35,551 nucleotides of DNA from Paludibacteraceae bacterium (GTDB lineage Bacteria; Bacillota_I; Bacilli_A; RFN20; CAG-288), in the NCBI GenBank assembly GCA_963617725.1, contig CAVEQA010000002.1, positions 1 through 35,551 of the forward strand. The letters run 5' to 3'. Positions 8,503 to 17,443 of the stretch are shown here, piece by piece. Under the pieces are notes generated by a model. The model saw only the letters and a program-made list of their open reading frames with translations, made no database searches and was not told the origin of the DNA. The first letter of the stretch is position 1. Every line of letters starts with the position of its first letter. Position numbers and translations under genes: made by a program.

Positions 8503-10272
8503 TTATCTCTTAAATGGAGCACATTGCTTTTTCAAATATTTGAGCAAGGCCTTGTCATCTTGCAAATATGGAGTGAGTTTTTCTTCAACGAGTTTTAAAT
8601 AATCGTTTAACCACTTCAATTCTTCATTATCGAGCATAGTTACATCGATACCTTTTCTATCGTACGGACAGTAAGTGATGGTTTCAAATTTGTAGAAGAT
8701 ACCTTGTTCGTTTTCAAAAGCATTGACAACTAGCAATTCGTTTTCAAGACGGATGCCGTGTTTATGATCTTTATAGACACCAGGTTCGATGGTGATGATA
8801 TGTCCTGGGACTAATTTGTCATCATCGATAACCCCTGCTCTACTTGTATATCTAAAGCCGATAGGTCCTTCGTGGACTGGTCCGATATAACTGACACCAT
8901 GACCTGTTCCGCACTTATAATCTAAGCCTTCTTTCCACATGACTTCTCTTGCTGTGATATCGATGCTATGTCCCGAACATCCTTTTTCAAAGATAGTTTT
9001 AGATAAAGCGATTTGAGATTTTAAAGTGAGAGTGTAATCATGAATGATTTCAGCACTCGGTTTATCTTGAAGTAAGAAAGTTCTAGTGATATCAGTGGTG
9101 CCACCGTAATATTGGCCACCGCTATCGACTAAAAGAAGCTGGCTGTTAGAATTGAATTTCGCATAATTATCTTTGGTTGGAGCATAATGCATCATCGCAG
9201 CATTGGAATCTAAAGCAGCGATTGTTGTAAAGCTTGGTTCAAAACATTTAGAATTAGCAAGACGGACTGAATTGATATATTCGCTTGCTTTGTATTCATC
9301 TAAATCCTTGTCTTTATTATCTTCAATATATTTTTGAAGTCTTAAGACAGCAATACCATCGATTTCATGAATCTTCTTTGTGTTTTCAATTTCAACCGGT
9401 CCTTTGATAGCTTTCATTCTTAAAGCGATAGAAGGAACGTTGACAGGATTTTTGATGTGCTTTAAAAGTTTTGCGTTTGCAGTTTTAAAATCTACAACAA
9501 CCTTTCTTGTTCTAGTATCTAAATATTCATAGATTTGTGAATATGGATGGAGAACTACTTTTGGTTCGTAGAAATTCTCTGGAAGTTTATTCTTATCGAT
9601 GAATAAATGGCAAAGACCATCACCTTCGATATAAAGATATGAGTAGAATACCGGAGTGCATTCGATATCATTTCCACGGTATCCAAGAACATAAGAGATA
9701 TCATCTAAATTTGTTATCAATAGTTCTTTTCCGTTGTGTTTTTTAGCTTCACTTAATAAGGCTTCGATTCTTTGGTCCAAGGTAGTAGATAATAAGGATT
9801 GATCAAGTTTGAAGATCTTATCTTTTGGAAGTGATGGGAGATTTGGAATTCTATCCATATAGGAGATTGAGATGATCTTATGATCTTTATCGATATAGAA
9901 AGAATTTAAATCATCCATTGAATATAAAGATGCATCTAATCCTAATGGATATAAATCATTTTCTTTGACAAATTCTTGAATTGATTTTACTCCTGGTTTT
10001 CCAGCTCTCATGAGTTTACAACCAGTTCCTGAGAGTTCCATCTCAGCTTCAGTCCAGTATCTACCATCAGTGTATAAATAATTATCATCAAGGGTGACAA
10101 GTAAAGTTCCATCATTTCCTTTGAAAGAACAAAAATAAAAACGTGGATAGGTGTATCTAGAGCAGGCCTCTTCACTCAAGTGTGGATCGGTAGCTGGAAT
10201 CAAATATGCTTTTAAACCATCTCTTCTCATCCATGATTGCAATTCTGCAATTCTTTGATCAAATTCATTCAT
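8503..10272 (-). CDS. Xaa-Pro aminopeptidase, three-domain M24B aminopeptidase P type
   Basis: 589 aa with a creatinase/prolidase-like N-terminal region and the M24 metal-site context: DSGGQY, DITRT, GHGVS, IEPGVY and RLENELLV. Confidence 0.85.
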   Translation of the reverse strand: MNEFDQRIAELQSWMRRDGLKAYLIPATDPHLSEEACSRYTYPRFYFCSFKGNDGTLLVTLDDNYLYTDGRYWTEAEMELSGTGCKLMRAGKPGVKSIQEFVKENDLYPLGLDASLYSMDDLNSFYIDKDHKIISISYMDRIPNLPSLPKDKIFKLDQSLLSTTLDQRIEALLSEAKKHNGKELLITNLDDISYVLGYRGNDIECTPVFYSYLYIEGDGLCHLFIDKNKLPENFYEPKVVLHPYSQIYEYLDTRTRKVVVDFKTANAKLLKHIKNPVNVPSIALRMKAIKGPVEIENTKKIHEIDGIAVLRLQKYIEDNKDKDLDEYKASEYINSVRLANSKCFEPSFTTIAALDSNAAMMHYAPTKDNYAKFNSNSQLLLVDSGGQYYGGTTDITRTFLLQDKPSAEIIHDYTLTLKSQIALSKTIFEKGCSGHSIDITAREVMWKEGLDYKCGTGHGVSYIGPVHEGPIGFRYTSRAGVIDDDKLVPGHIITIEPGVYKDHKHGIRLENELLVVNAFENEQGIFYKFETITYCPYDRKGIDVTMLDNEELKWLNDYLKLVEEKLTPYLQDDKALLKYLKKQCAPFKR

Positions 10273-10299
10273 ATAATTACCCCCTTTGAATTTGTTTTT

Positions 10300-11742
10300 T
10301 TAATAAGCTCTATCAAAATAAATGACTTTATCAGTTTTGTTTCCTGTCAATGGATCAGTATCATCGAATGGTGTTTCATCAAATGGTAAAACACGTGGAG
10401 TGGCATTGTATTTTTCTTTCATGAACTTCTCTTCTTCAGCAGTATCTTCGCACATCATACGGACAAATCCTTTGTGATTGAGCAAGGTATCTTCGATTTC
10501 TTCTTTAGTTCTGCAAGTTACGATATGACTCTTCAAATAGTCATAGGCCTTTTGATAAAGTCCATCTTGAGCTTCTTGTAATTCGACAAGAACTGTCTTT
10601 TCAATTTCATCAAGTCCGAGAGTCTTCTTATAACCATCAAAACGTCTAGTGATGGTTACTTGTCCATTTTCAAGATCTTTTGGACCGATTTCAATACGAA
10701 GTGGGATTCCTTTCATCTCATATTGAGAGAATTTCCAACCTGGAGTCTTAGTTGAATCATCAAGATAGACTCTGACACCTGCTTTTTTGAGTTTATCTTC
10801 AATCTCTTTGCTGACTTTTAAGACATTTGGTTCTTTATCAAATCTGATAGGGATGATGACTGCTTGAATCGGTGCAACCTTTGGAGGTAAAACAAGTCCG
10901 TTATCATCTCCGTGGAACATGATCATAGCACCTAAAAGTCTTGTAGAAGCACCGTGAGAGGAATAATGAGGATAAGCGATAGTATTTGTCTTATCTTGGA
11001 ATTTGATACCGAAATTCTTGCAGAAATCAGTTCCGAGATAATGAGTGGTTCCACATTGCAAGGCTTGTCCATCTGGCATCAAACCTTCGATTGTATAGGT
11101 AGAAACAGCACCAGCGAATTTTTCACTGGATGGTTTTTGACCCATGACGAATGGAAGGGCTAAGACATCTCTTCCGAGTTCATAATAAATTCTGAGCATT
11201 GTAAGAGCGAAGTTTCTTGATTCATTTTCAGTCAAATGCAAGGCGTGACATTCTTGCCATAAGAATTCAGAACCTCTTAAAAATGGTCTTGTTGTCTTTT
11301 CAGCTCTTAAGACAGAACACCATTGATTGTTCAAAATAGGCAAATCATTGTAAGAATGAACGACATTTTTGAAATAATCGCAGAATAAGGTTTCAGAAGT
11401 TGGACGGACAACAAAAGGATCGGATAATTCTTTACCACCGACTTTTGTGACTTCAAAACATTCTGGAGCAAATCCAGTGATGTGTTCTTTTTCTCTATTC
11501 AAAAGTGACATTGGAATTAAAGTTGGAAGAGCGATATTTCTAACTCCGATCTCTTTATATCTCTTGTCTAAATAATTTTGGATGACTTCCCAAAGAGCAT
11601 AGCCATCTGGTCTATAGACGATAAATCCTTTTGCAGAGGTGTAATCCATGAGTTCTGCTTTGGTACAGACATCAGTGTACCACTGAGCTAAATCATCTTC
11701 TTTTGATGCAATTGCTGTAACTTTTTTATTTGCGTTTGCCAT
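10300..11742 (-). CDS. proS: Proline--tRNA ligase, archaeal/eukaryote-like type
   Basis: 480 aa with class II motifs (FRGSEFLWQE, GTTHYLG), no bacterial INS editing insertion, and a C-terminus ending ...FDRAY. A terminal Tyr is typical of this ProRS type. Confidence 0.93.
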   Translation of the reverse strand: MANANKKVTAIASKEDDLAQWYTDVCTKAELMDYTSAKGFIVYRPDGYALWEVIQNYLDKRYKEIGVRNIALPTLIPMSLLNREKEHITGFAPECFEVTKVGGKELSDPFVVRPTSETLFCDYFKNVVHSYNDLPILNNQWCSVLRAEKTTRPFLRGSEFLWQECHALHLTENESRNFALTMLRIYYELGRDVLALPFVMGQKPSSEKFAGAVSTYTIEGLMPDGQALQCGTTHYLGTDFCKNFGIKFQDKTNTIAYPHYSSHGASTRLLGAMIMFHGDDNGLVLPPKVAPIQAVIIPIRFDKEPNVLKVSKEIEDKLKKAGVRVYLDDSTKTPGWKFSQYEMKGIPLRIEIGPKDLENGQVTITRRFDGYKKTLGLDEIEKTVLVELQEAQDGLYQKAYDYLKSHIVTCRTKEEIEDTLLNHKGFVRMMCEDTAEEEKFMKEKYNATPRVLPFDETPFDDTDPLTGNKTDKVIYFDRAY

Positions 11743-11756
11743 ATATTTATTCTCCT

Positions 11757-13580
11757 TTATTTTAATCTTTGTTTTAATAATTTTTCGATACGGATAAAAT
11801 CATTTTTGTTTTTATTGGTGATGAGAGTATCCGATTTATTAAGTATGGATTTTAACTTTTCTTGATCGATATCAAGCGGTTTACTTGAGGTTGGTGCAAT
11901 TTCTTCACATTGCAATATTTTAGCTCCTGAATGAGCGGCAAGAAGGAATTCGTTGGAATTCTTCAAATCGATATATGTCAAAATTCCTGGGAATGAAGAG
12001 TAATTTGCCTCGATCATCTTCAAATTATTTTGAGTTTTACTGTCAGTAAATGATTTTGAAAACTCATCGTTGATGACTAGATATGAGAAATGACGAAGTA
12101 ATGAGCTAGGTAATGGTGAATTCGGATGATAGAGAATCAAGGCGATTTTATATCCAGCATCGATGACAGTTCTAAGGGTTTGTCTTAAGGTGTTTAAATG
12201 ATTCATCTGAGCTATCAAATCATTTTCAGGAATTGCAATTATCCAATTCAAATGGTTTTTATCTTCTTCCATTGCAAGAAGGAAGGTTTTTAACAAATTG
12301 AGATGCATTTGAATCATCACACCAGTATTCTTTCTTCCAATAAGGGCCTTTTTACATTTGTCATTCAAAGCTTTGATAAGCGGTAAAGCACCATAACTTG
12401 TCTTATTAGCTAAAGAAAGAACATCTTTGAAATCACTGACTTCTGTTCCATAAGGAATTGCTTTGACAACATAGAAACTCTGTTCTCTAGTATTAAGATT
12501 GAAGGTCGCATTGAAATAAACTCTGAAAGTAGAATTTTTACAGACCATCGAAATATCTTCAATATTCTTTTGTTCAAGATTATATTTTTCAAAGAAATCC
12601 GGATCGTAAAGTAAGATTCTTTCATTCGTATAATTGCTTGCGATAGCATTGGCCATTTGTCTTGATTGTTGAACTGCTAAATCGAATTTTCTTTCACAAT
12701 TAGAACCGGAAGTGACACCGATAGCCACAAAGAGATCAACATCAGGAACGTTGAAGTTCAAATACTGTTGAATGTGAGTGTTGATAGAAGTGCCGATATT
12801 CATAACCATCGCTTTTGAAATGGCTTCTTTATCGATGATTATTATTTCAGTATCACTGACTTTGTAATATTTACTTGATTTTGAGAAGAAGTGAGAAATT
12901 GAATTGATGGCATTTGCAAAGGTGTTTTTCAAATAAGCTTTTTCATCAGCTCTAACTCTATCAGTTGAACGATAAATCTTAAGATAATAAATACCGATGA
13001 CTTCGACTGCATTTCCACTTGAGAGGAAATCCTGGGCTTTTTCTTCACTTTCTAAAATGTATTTAGAAATATTCTTACGTTTTGTTTTCTTCTTTGCAAT
13101 CGTAGAAACAGTACCCATATATGGAAGTAAATGAGATTGGAAATGAATCACATTCTTTTTTCTGTTGACCGAAAGAACTTCGACCATCGAGGTGTATATC
13201 TTTCCTTTGCGTTTGAGCTTGACATCAGCTTGGATGAATGGAGAATAATCATCTCTTGTGACAACATCTTGAATCCATACTTTCATACGATTGGCATCGA
13301 TAGATGCGTATTGAGAGAAGAATTCCTGAGCAGTATAAGTCTTTTGAACCGCAATATTTTTTTGATCAAAGAAAAAGAAAAGACCTTTTTCATAATTGTA
13401 GGTGTAAACACGTGTGTTGAAATCCATGAAAAAGTTTTTCTTCTCCTTTGAGTTGGCTAAAATCAAACATGCAATAAAGGTAAGAAATAAGATGATGACA
13501 GCGATGGTTGCGATTAAAACGATTGGATTGAGAAAATCGTTTTCGAGAAAATTTAAGTAAAACATAATAATTAATTTCAA
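11757..13580 (-). CDS. Membrane-anchored protein with degenerate GGDEF-like and EAL-like domains (inferred)
   Basis: 607-aa ORF with an N-terminal TM helix. Spacing and hydrophobic pattern match a GGDEF then EAL architecture, but the signature motifs are replaced (see finding). The start is ambiguous between the TTG at 13580 and the ATG at 13565. Confidence 0.6.
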   Translation of the reverse strand: MKLIIMFYLNFLENDFLNPIVLIATIAVIILFLTFIACLILANSKEKKNFFMDFNTRVYTYNYEKGLFFFFDQKNIAVQKTYTAQEFFSQYASIDANRMKVWIQDVVTRDDYSPFIQADVKLKRKGKIYTSMVEVLSVNRKKNVIHFQSHLLPYMGTVSTIAKKKTKRKNISKYILESEEKAQDFLSSGNAVEVIGIYYLKIYRSTDRVRADEKAYLKNTFANAINSISHFFSKSSKYYKVSDTEIIIIDKEAISKAMVMNIGTSINTHIQQYLNFNVPDVDLFVAIGVTSGSNCERKFDLAVQQSRQMANAIASNYTNERILLYDPDFFEKYNLEQKNIEDISMVCKNSTFRVYFNATFNLNTREQSFYVVKAIPYGTEVSDFKDVLSLANKTSYGALPLIKALNDKCKKALIGRKNTGVMIQMHLNLLKTFLLAMEEDKNHLNWIIAIPENDLIAQMNHLNTLRQTLRTVIDAGYKIALILYHPNSPLPSSLLRHFSYLVINDEFSKSFTDSKTQNNLKMIEANYSSFPGILTYIDLKNSNEFLLAAHSGAKILQCEEIAPTSSKPLDIDQEKLKSILNKSDTLITNKNKNDFIRIEKLLKQRLK

Positions 13581-13670
13581 ATACCTATATATTATATCTT
13601 TTTAGCATAGCAATTTGAATTAAAATATTATATTATATGTGCGTCGTTTTTATAAAAGAGGTAAATAAAT

Positions 13671-13916
13671 ATGGATGAAATTTACACAAAACTTATCGAA
13701 CTTATGAAAAAGCAAGTTAAAAAGAAAAATTTTGATTTTTCTCAACTTACTCCAGAAACAGATTTGACCAAGTTAGGACTTGATAGCTTAGATACTGCTG
13801 AGCTTGTTATCAACATCGAAGAAGAGTTCTCTCTTCCAGAGATAACTCAAGACGAAATGATGGAATTAAAAACCGTCAAAGATGTTCACGATTTAGTCGA
13901 AAACAAAAAAAAATAA
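13671..13916 (+). CDS. acpP: Acyl carrier protein
   Basis: 81 aa with the phosphopantetheine attachment motif LGLDSLDTAELV and an AGAGGT Shine-Dalgarno. Confidence 0.9.
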   Translation: MDEIYTKLIELMKKQVKKKNFDFSQLTPETDLTKLGLDSLDTAELVINIEEEFSLPEITQDEMMELKTVKDVHDLVENKKK

Positions 13917-13933
13917 AAAAATTAAAAAAGTTC

Positions 13934-13962
13934 TTGCAAAAAAGGATGTGAGTTGATATCAT
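13934..13962 (+). promoter_or_regulatory. Putative sigma-70-type promoter for the tRNA-Asn/tRNA-Glu pair
   Basis: TTGCAA (13934-13939), a 17-nt spacer, then TATCAT (13957-13962). The tRNA 5' end lies 10 nt downstream. Confidence 0.45.
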
Positions 13963-13972
13963 ATTTATCGCT

Positions 13973-14048
13973 GCCTACTTAGCTCAGTTGGTAGAGCAAC
14001 CGGCCGTTAACCGGTAGGTCGTAGGTCCGAGTCCTACAGTAGGCGCCA
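13973..14048 (+). tRNA. tRNA-Asn (anticodon GTT), CCA encoded, with C33 and C55
   Basis: I folded the cloverleaf by hand: acceptor gcctact/agtaggc, D arm gctc-agttggta-gagc, anticodon arm accgg-CCGTTAA-ccggt, T arm gtagg-TCCGAGT-cctac. Confidence 0.85.
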
Positions 14049-14056
14049 TATCCACT

Positions 14057-14132
14057 GGCCTGGTGGAGAAGCGGTTAACTCACATCCCTTTCAAGGATGC
14101 ATTCACGGGTTCAAACCCCGTCCAGGTCACCA
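14057..14132 (+). tRNA. tRNA-Glu (anticodon TTC), CCA encoded
   Basis: Acceptor ggcctgg/ccaggtc (with a G2-U71 pair), anticodon arm catcc-CTTTCAA-ggatg, T arm acggg-ttcaaac-cccgt, and an aagcggttaa D loop typical of tRNA-Glu. Confidence 0.9.
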
Positions 14133-14144
14133 TTAGAAAATTAC

Positions 14145-14175
14145 AGGATTGATATAAATTATCAATCCTTTTTTC
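14145..14175 (+). terminator. Intrinsic terminator after the tRNA pair
   Basis: The 10-bp stem aggattgata (14145-14154) pairs with tatcaatcct (14160-14169), followed by TTTTTT. Confidence 0.7.
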
Positions 14176-14503
14176 TTTTTCAGTATTATAAAATCCTTTA
14201 TATACTTTCAGTACTTATTTACAGCCATCGGCAGAAATGCTGGTGTTTTTTTAGTTTTTATATTTTTGAAATATCAATCAACTATTTTTATAATTTCACT
14301 AAAAAATTATTTTATTGTTAATAAATAAGAGAAAAAGGAAAATTTTATTTTTTAATCGATTTTGAATTGTAAAATCTATTTTTATTGAGATTTATTTATT
14401 AAATAATTAGTTACAACTAATTTCTAATTGTGTTTTATGTTTCTTTTTGATATAAAAATTAAAGATAACTATGAATGGACATAAAAAATAAAAAGAGAAA
14501 CTT

Positions 14504-15205
14504 ATGAAAAATAAAGACTTAATATTTGATAGAAATTGTCATGTTTTATATTCAAAGGCTTGTGAAAATGAAATTAAAACTAAAATTTCATTACATTATC
14601 CAAAAGAAGAACGTGAGAAGATTTGGACAAATGTTCAGATGAAATATGTAGAATATCTTAAAAAATGGCGTAACGATTTAGGTGGAAAAAAGAATTTTCA
14701 TAACTGCAAGGGTGGTACTTATGATTGCATCGCCATAATGACATATTATGCGGTTTGTAAATCTGTTACAAATTTCAAAGAAATTGAAGAGATAGAAGAA
14801 AATTTAATACTGCCTTCTTTTAAGAAATTAAAATTTGTAAACTGCAATAAGACCTTTTGGAAGAAATTGATGTATAAAGCTTTTTCTCGTGCAAAATCAA
14901 AGTGCGATAAATGGCATGATTATGAGATGAATATTTCTCCATACGAAAAAGATAAACCAATTCATTATGAATTTACATCATGTCCGGTTGCACAATTTGC
15001 AAAACAATTTGAGCTTAGTGAAATCATGCCTGCCCTTTGCAATGTCGATTATAAATCTATGGAGCTAATTCGAGCAAAACTAGTTCGAAGAGGCACTTGT
15101 GTTGACACTGATAAATGCGATTATACGATTTGTGGCGATAGGGACAAATATGTTGATGAACATAAAGAATACATAGACAAAAAAGGTTTTAGGAGAAACA
15201 AATAA
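14504..15205 (+). CDS. ATC-hydrolase-like family protein (L-2-amino-thiazoline-4-carboxylic acid hydrolase fold; function unknown)
   Basis: 233 aa. The C-terminal Cys pattern SCPVAQFAKQF...ALCNVDY...LVRRGTCVDTDKCDY matches my memory of the Pfam ATC_hydrolase signature (CP...C..D...R..T...CD[FY]). Confidence 0.5.
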   Translation: MKNKDLIFDRNCHVLYSKACENEIKTKISLHYPKEEREKIWTNVQMKYVEYLKKWRNDLGGKKNFHNCKGGTYDCIAIMTYYAVCKSVTNFKEIEEIEENLILPSFKKLKFVNCNKTFWKKLMYKAFSRAKSKCDKWHDYEMNISPYEKDKPIHYEFTSCPVAQFAKQFELSEIMPALCNVDYKSMELIRAKLVRRGTCVDTDKCDYTICGDRDKYVDEHKEYIDKKGFRRNK

Positions 15206-15383
15206 TCATTTGAATGAAATTGAAGCAAAATTGAATAAGGAAATACCACATAGAAAAGAATTTTTTATGAACATAAGATTCTTTTATAATTTTTTTGAAA
15301 TATTAACATTCAAACTTTTAAATTGATATTTTTATATATTTTAAATTAAAATATTGCAGTATTAATTTTTTTTGGAGGAAAAT

Positions 15384-15887
15384 ATGAAAAGAAAATTATT
15401 TTTAGGTACTAGCTTAGCTATTCTTACAACTCTTACAAGTTGTGGTGGTTCCACTTTTAATGGAAATTTTTATTTAGGAGATGCATTTACTAATTTAAAC
15501 GCTATTGTTGTTGAATACAGTATCAATGATTCCCTTGAATCCGGTTCTAAAATCAGTGGAAAAATCAAAGCACAAAAGAATACTGTCTTAAAAGATTCGT
15601 ATATTTTAGCTTATTCTTCTACAATGCCATCTGCTAATTATGCTGAACAAGCTTTAATTCAAGTTTCTAAAAGTCAAATTGAAGCAACCAAAGATGGTGA
15701 TGAATATGCCGGAGTTAAATATGATTTGACTTTGGATTTAGAAAAAGTATTTCCAAAAGATATTGAAAATAAGAATGTTTACTTTGTTGTTCACGCCTTT
15801 GATTGGGAACCGACAAATATTGCAACTTACGGGTATACAAAATTTTCATATACTTGGGAAGGTAGTAAAGTTAAATTAGGCATTTAG
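15384..15887 (+). CDS. Lipoprotein of unknown function
   Basis: The ATG at 15384 lies 5 nt after GGAGG; the track start at 15372 is a TTG inside the Shine-Dalgarno. Signal peptide MKRKLFLGTSLAILTTLTS followed by the lipobox Cys (LTSCGG). Confidence 0.75.
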   Translation: MKRKLFLGTSLAILTTLTSCGGSTFNGNFYLGDAFTNLNAIVVEYSINDSLESGSKISGKIKAQKNTVLKDSYILAYSSTMPSANYAEQALIQVSKSQIEATKDGDEYAGVKYDLTLDLEKVFPKDIENKNVYFVVHAFDWEPTNIATYGYTKFSYTWEGSKVKLGI

Positions 15888-15922
15888 TTCTTTTGCTCAA
15901 ACAATTTATTGGAGGTAAATAT

Positions 15923-17443
15923 ATGAGTAGAATTGCAAGTGATGTATTGTCTATTATTAAAGATCCGACTTTAACCTATCAACAACAAGTATTAGCCCTT
16001 GCTAGACTTGCTGAAAGCAAAGATGAATCTCTTCCTAGAGATGAAGAATTCGTTCAAGCTTTAAATGATGGTTGTATTTGTGATTTAGGAGAAGGAAGAA
16101 GTCCATATAGACCAAGATATATTGTTCCTGATTATCAACAATTGATGGATAAAGGTAGTGAATTTTTAGGAATTGAACCACCAAAAGATATCTTTGAAGC
16201 AACCAATGCTCTTTTGATAATGTATAGAAATGTTCCATCAATCACATCATTTCCTGTCTATTTAGGTAATTTTACCAAATTGTTTGAAAAATTTGATAAA
16301 GATGAAAAAGAGACAAGAAAAGCATTGAAGCTTTTCTTATTGAATATCGATAAAACTTTAACTGATTCCTTTGTCCACGCCGATATCGGACCGGAAGATA
16401 ATAGAGTTACGAGAATCATTTTAGATTTGACTAAAGAAATGCAACTTGCAGTTCCAAATTTAACCCTTCTTTATAATGAAGATATCACCAGTGAAGAACT
16501 TGCAAAAGCAAGTATTGATTGTATGCTTAAAACCTCAAAACCGAGTTTTGCTAATGACAAATTATATTCTTCTGAATTAGGTGAAGGAAAATACGCTATT
16601 GTCTCTTGTTACAACGCTTTTAAAATTAGAGGTGGTGGTTACACCCTTCCTCGTTTGAAATTATATGAAATTGCAACTAAAGCCAAAGATATCGATGATT
16701 TCTTTGCTAATATATTACCATTCTATGTCAATTTGATCTTGAGAAATATCGACCAAAGAATTAAATTTATTGTTGAAGAATCTAATTTCTTTAAAACCAA
16801 TTATTTAGTTACTGAAGGTTTTGTTGAAAGGGATAATTTCACTGGTATGGTAGGTATGGTTGGTCTTGCAGAATGTACTAATCACTTACTTCATATCACT
16901 GATAAAATGAAAGGATTTGGACATAATCAAGAAGCCGAAGATTTAGGTGTCAAAATTCTTGATGAAATTTATAAGATGGTTATTAACCATAAAGGTTTAT
17001 ATTGCCATAATTGTAATGATCATTATGCAATGCATGCCCAAGTTGGAATTGAAACTGATAAAGGTCAAGATGCCCCAGGCGTTCGTATTCCGATTGGTTG
17101 TGAACCTGAACTTTTTAAACATCTTGCAATCGAATCAAGAATGCATAAACATTTTGAATCGGGTGTAGGAGATATCTTTAAATTTGACCAAACTTGGAAT
17201 AACTCACCTTTAGCTCTTCTTGATATTATTAAAGGTGCTTTCCATTCAGGAATGAGATATTTTACTGCTTATAATGCTGATAACGATGTTGTTAGAGTCA
17301 CCGGCTACTTAGTTAAGAAAAGTGAACTTGCTAAACTTGATAACAATTTACCTTCTATGAATAATTGTTCGGTTTTTGGAAAAGGTTCTCGTGATGGCGG
17401 TCATTCTTTAGATCGTAAGATATATTCAAAAGATGGAAAATGA
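15923..17443 (+). CDS. yjjI: YjjI-family glycyl-radical enzyme (DUF3029)
   Basis: About 506 aa from the ATG at 15923, preceded by GGAGGT. C-terminal glycyl-radical fingerprint VVRVTGYLV with the Gly codon at 17303-17305. The size matches E. coli YjjI and a YjjW-type activase follows directly. Confidence 0.75.
   Translation: MSRIASDVLSIIKDPTLTYQQQVLALARLAESKDESLPRDEEFVQALNDGCICDLGEGRSPYRPRYIVPDYQQLMDKGSEFLGIEPPKDIFEATNALLIMYRNVPSITSFPVYLGNFTKLFEKFDKDEKETRKALKLFLLNIDKTLTDSFVHADIGPEDNRVTRIILDLTKEMQLAVPNLTLLYNEDITSEELAKASIDCMLKTSKPSFANDKLYSSELGEGKYAIVSCYNAFKIRGGGYTLPRLKLYEIATKAKDIDDFFANILPFYVNLILRNIDQRIKFIVEESNFFKTNYLVTEGFVERDNFTGMVGMVGLAECTNHLLHITDKMKGFGHNQEAEDLGVKILDEIYKMVINHKGLYCHNCNDHYAMHAQVGIETDKGQDAPGVRIPIGCEPELFKHLAIESRMHKHFESGVGDIFKFDQTWNNSPLALLDIIKGAFHSGMRYFTAYNADNDVVRVTGYLVKKSELAKLDNNLPSMNNCSVFGKGSRDGGHSLDRKIYSKDGK

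Noticed and set aside
13671-13916. A stand-alone acpP with no fab genes nearby, considered as a possible sign of an unusual carrier-protein system
   Set aside because: An isolated acpP is common in reduced Firmicutes- and Mollicutes-like genomes. The protein has a completely canonical DSLD motif, and nothing in the neighbourhood (a tRNA pair and the proS operon) suggests a dedicated pathway.
14222-14252. A possible second terminator (cagc...gctg followed by gtgTTTTTTT) after the tRNA terminator
   Set aside because: Only a 4-bp stem with a 13-nt loop can be drawn, which is too weak to report as a feature.
14097-14321. 74-aa ORF in the track
   Set aside because: It starts inside tRNA-Glu, runs through the tRNA terminator into AT-rich spacer, has no Shine-Dalgarno and has low-complexity composition. 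It is an artefact.
15253-15295. A possible terminator after the ATC-hydrolase-like gene (aaaagaat...attctttt plus a T-rich tail)
   Set aside because: The stem is 8 bp but almost entirely A-T and the loop is 16 nt. It cannot be distinguished from chance in this AT-rich spacer.
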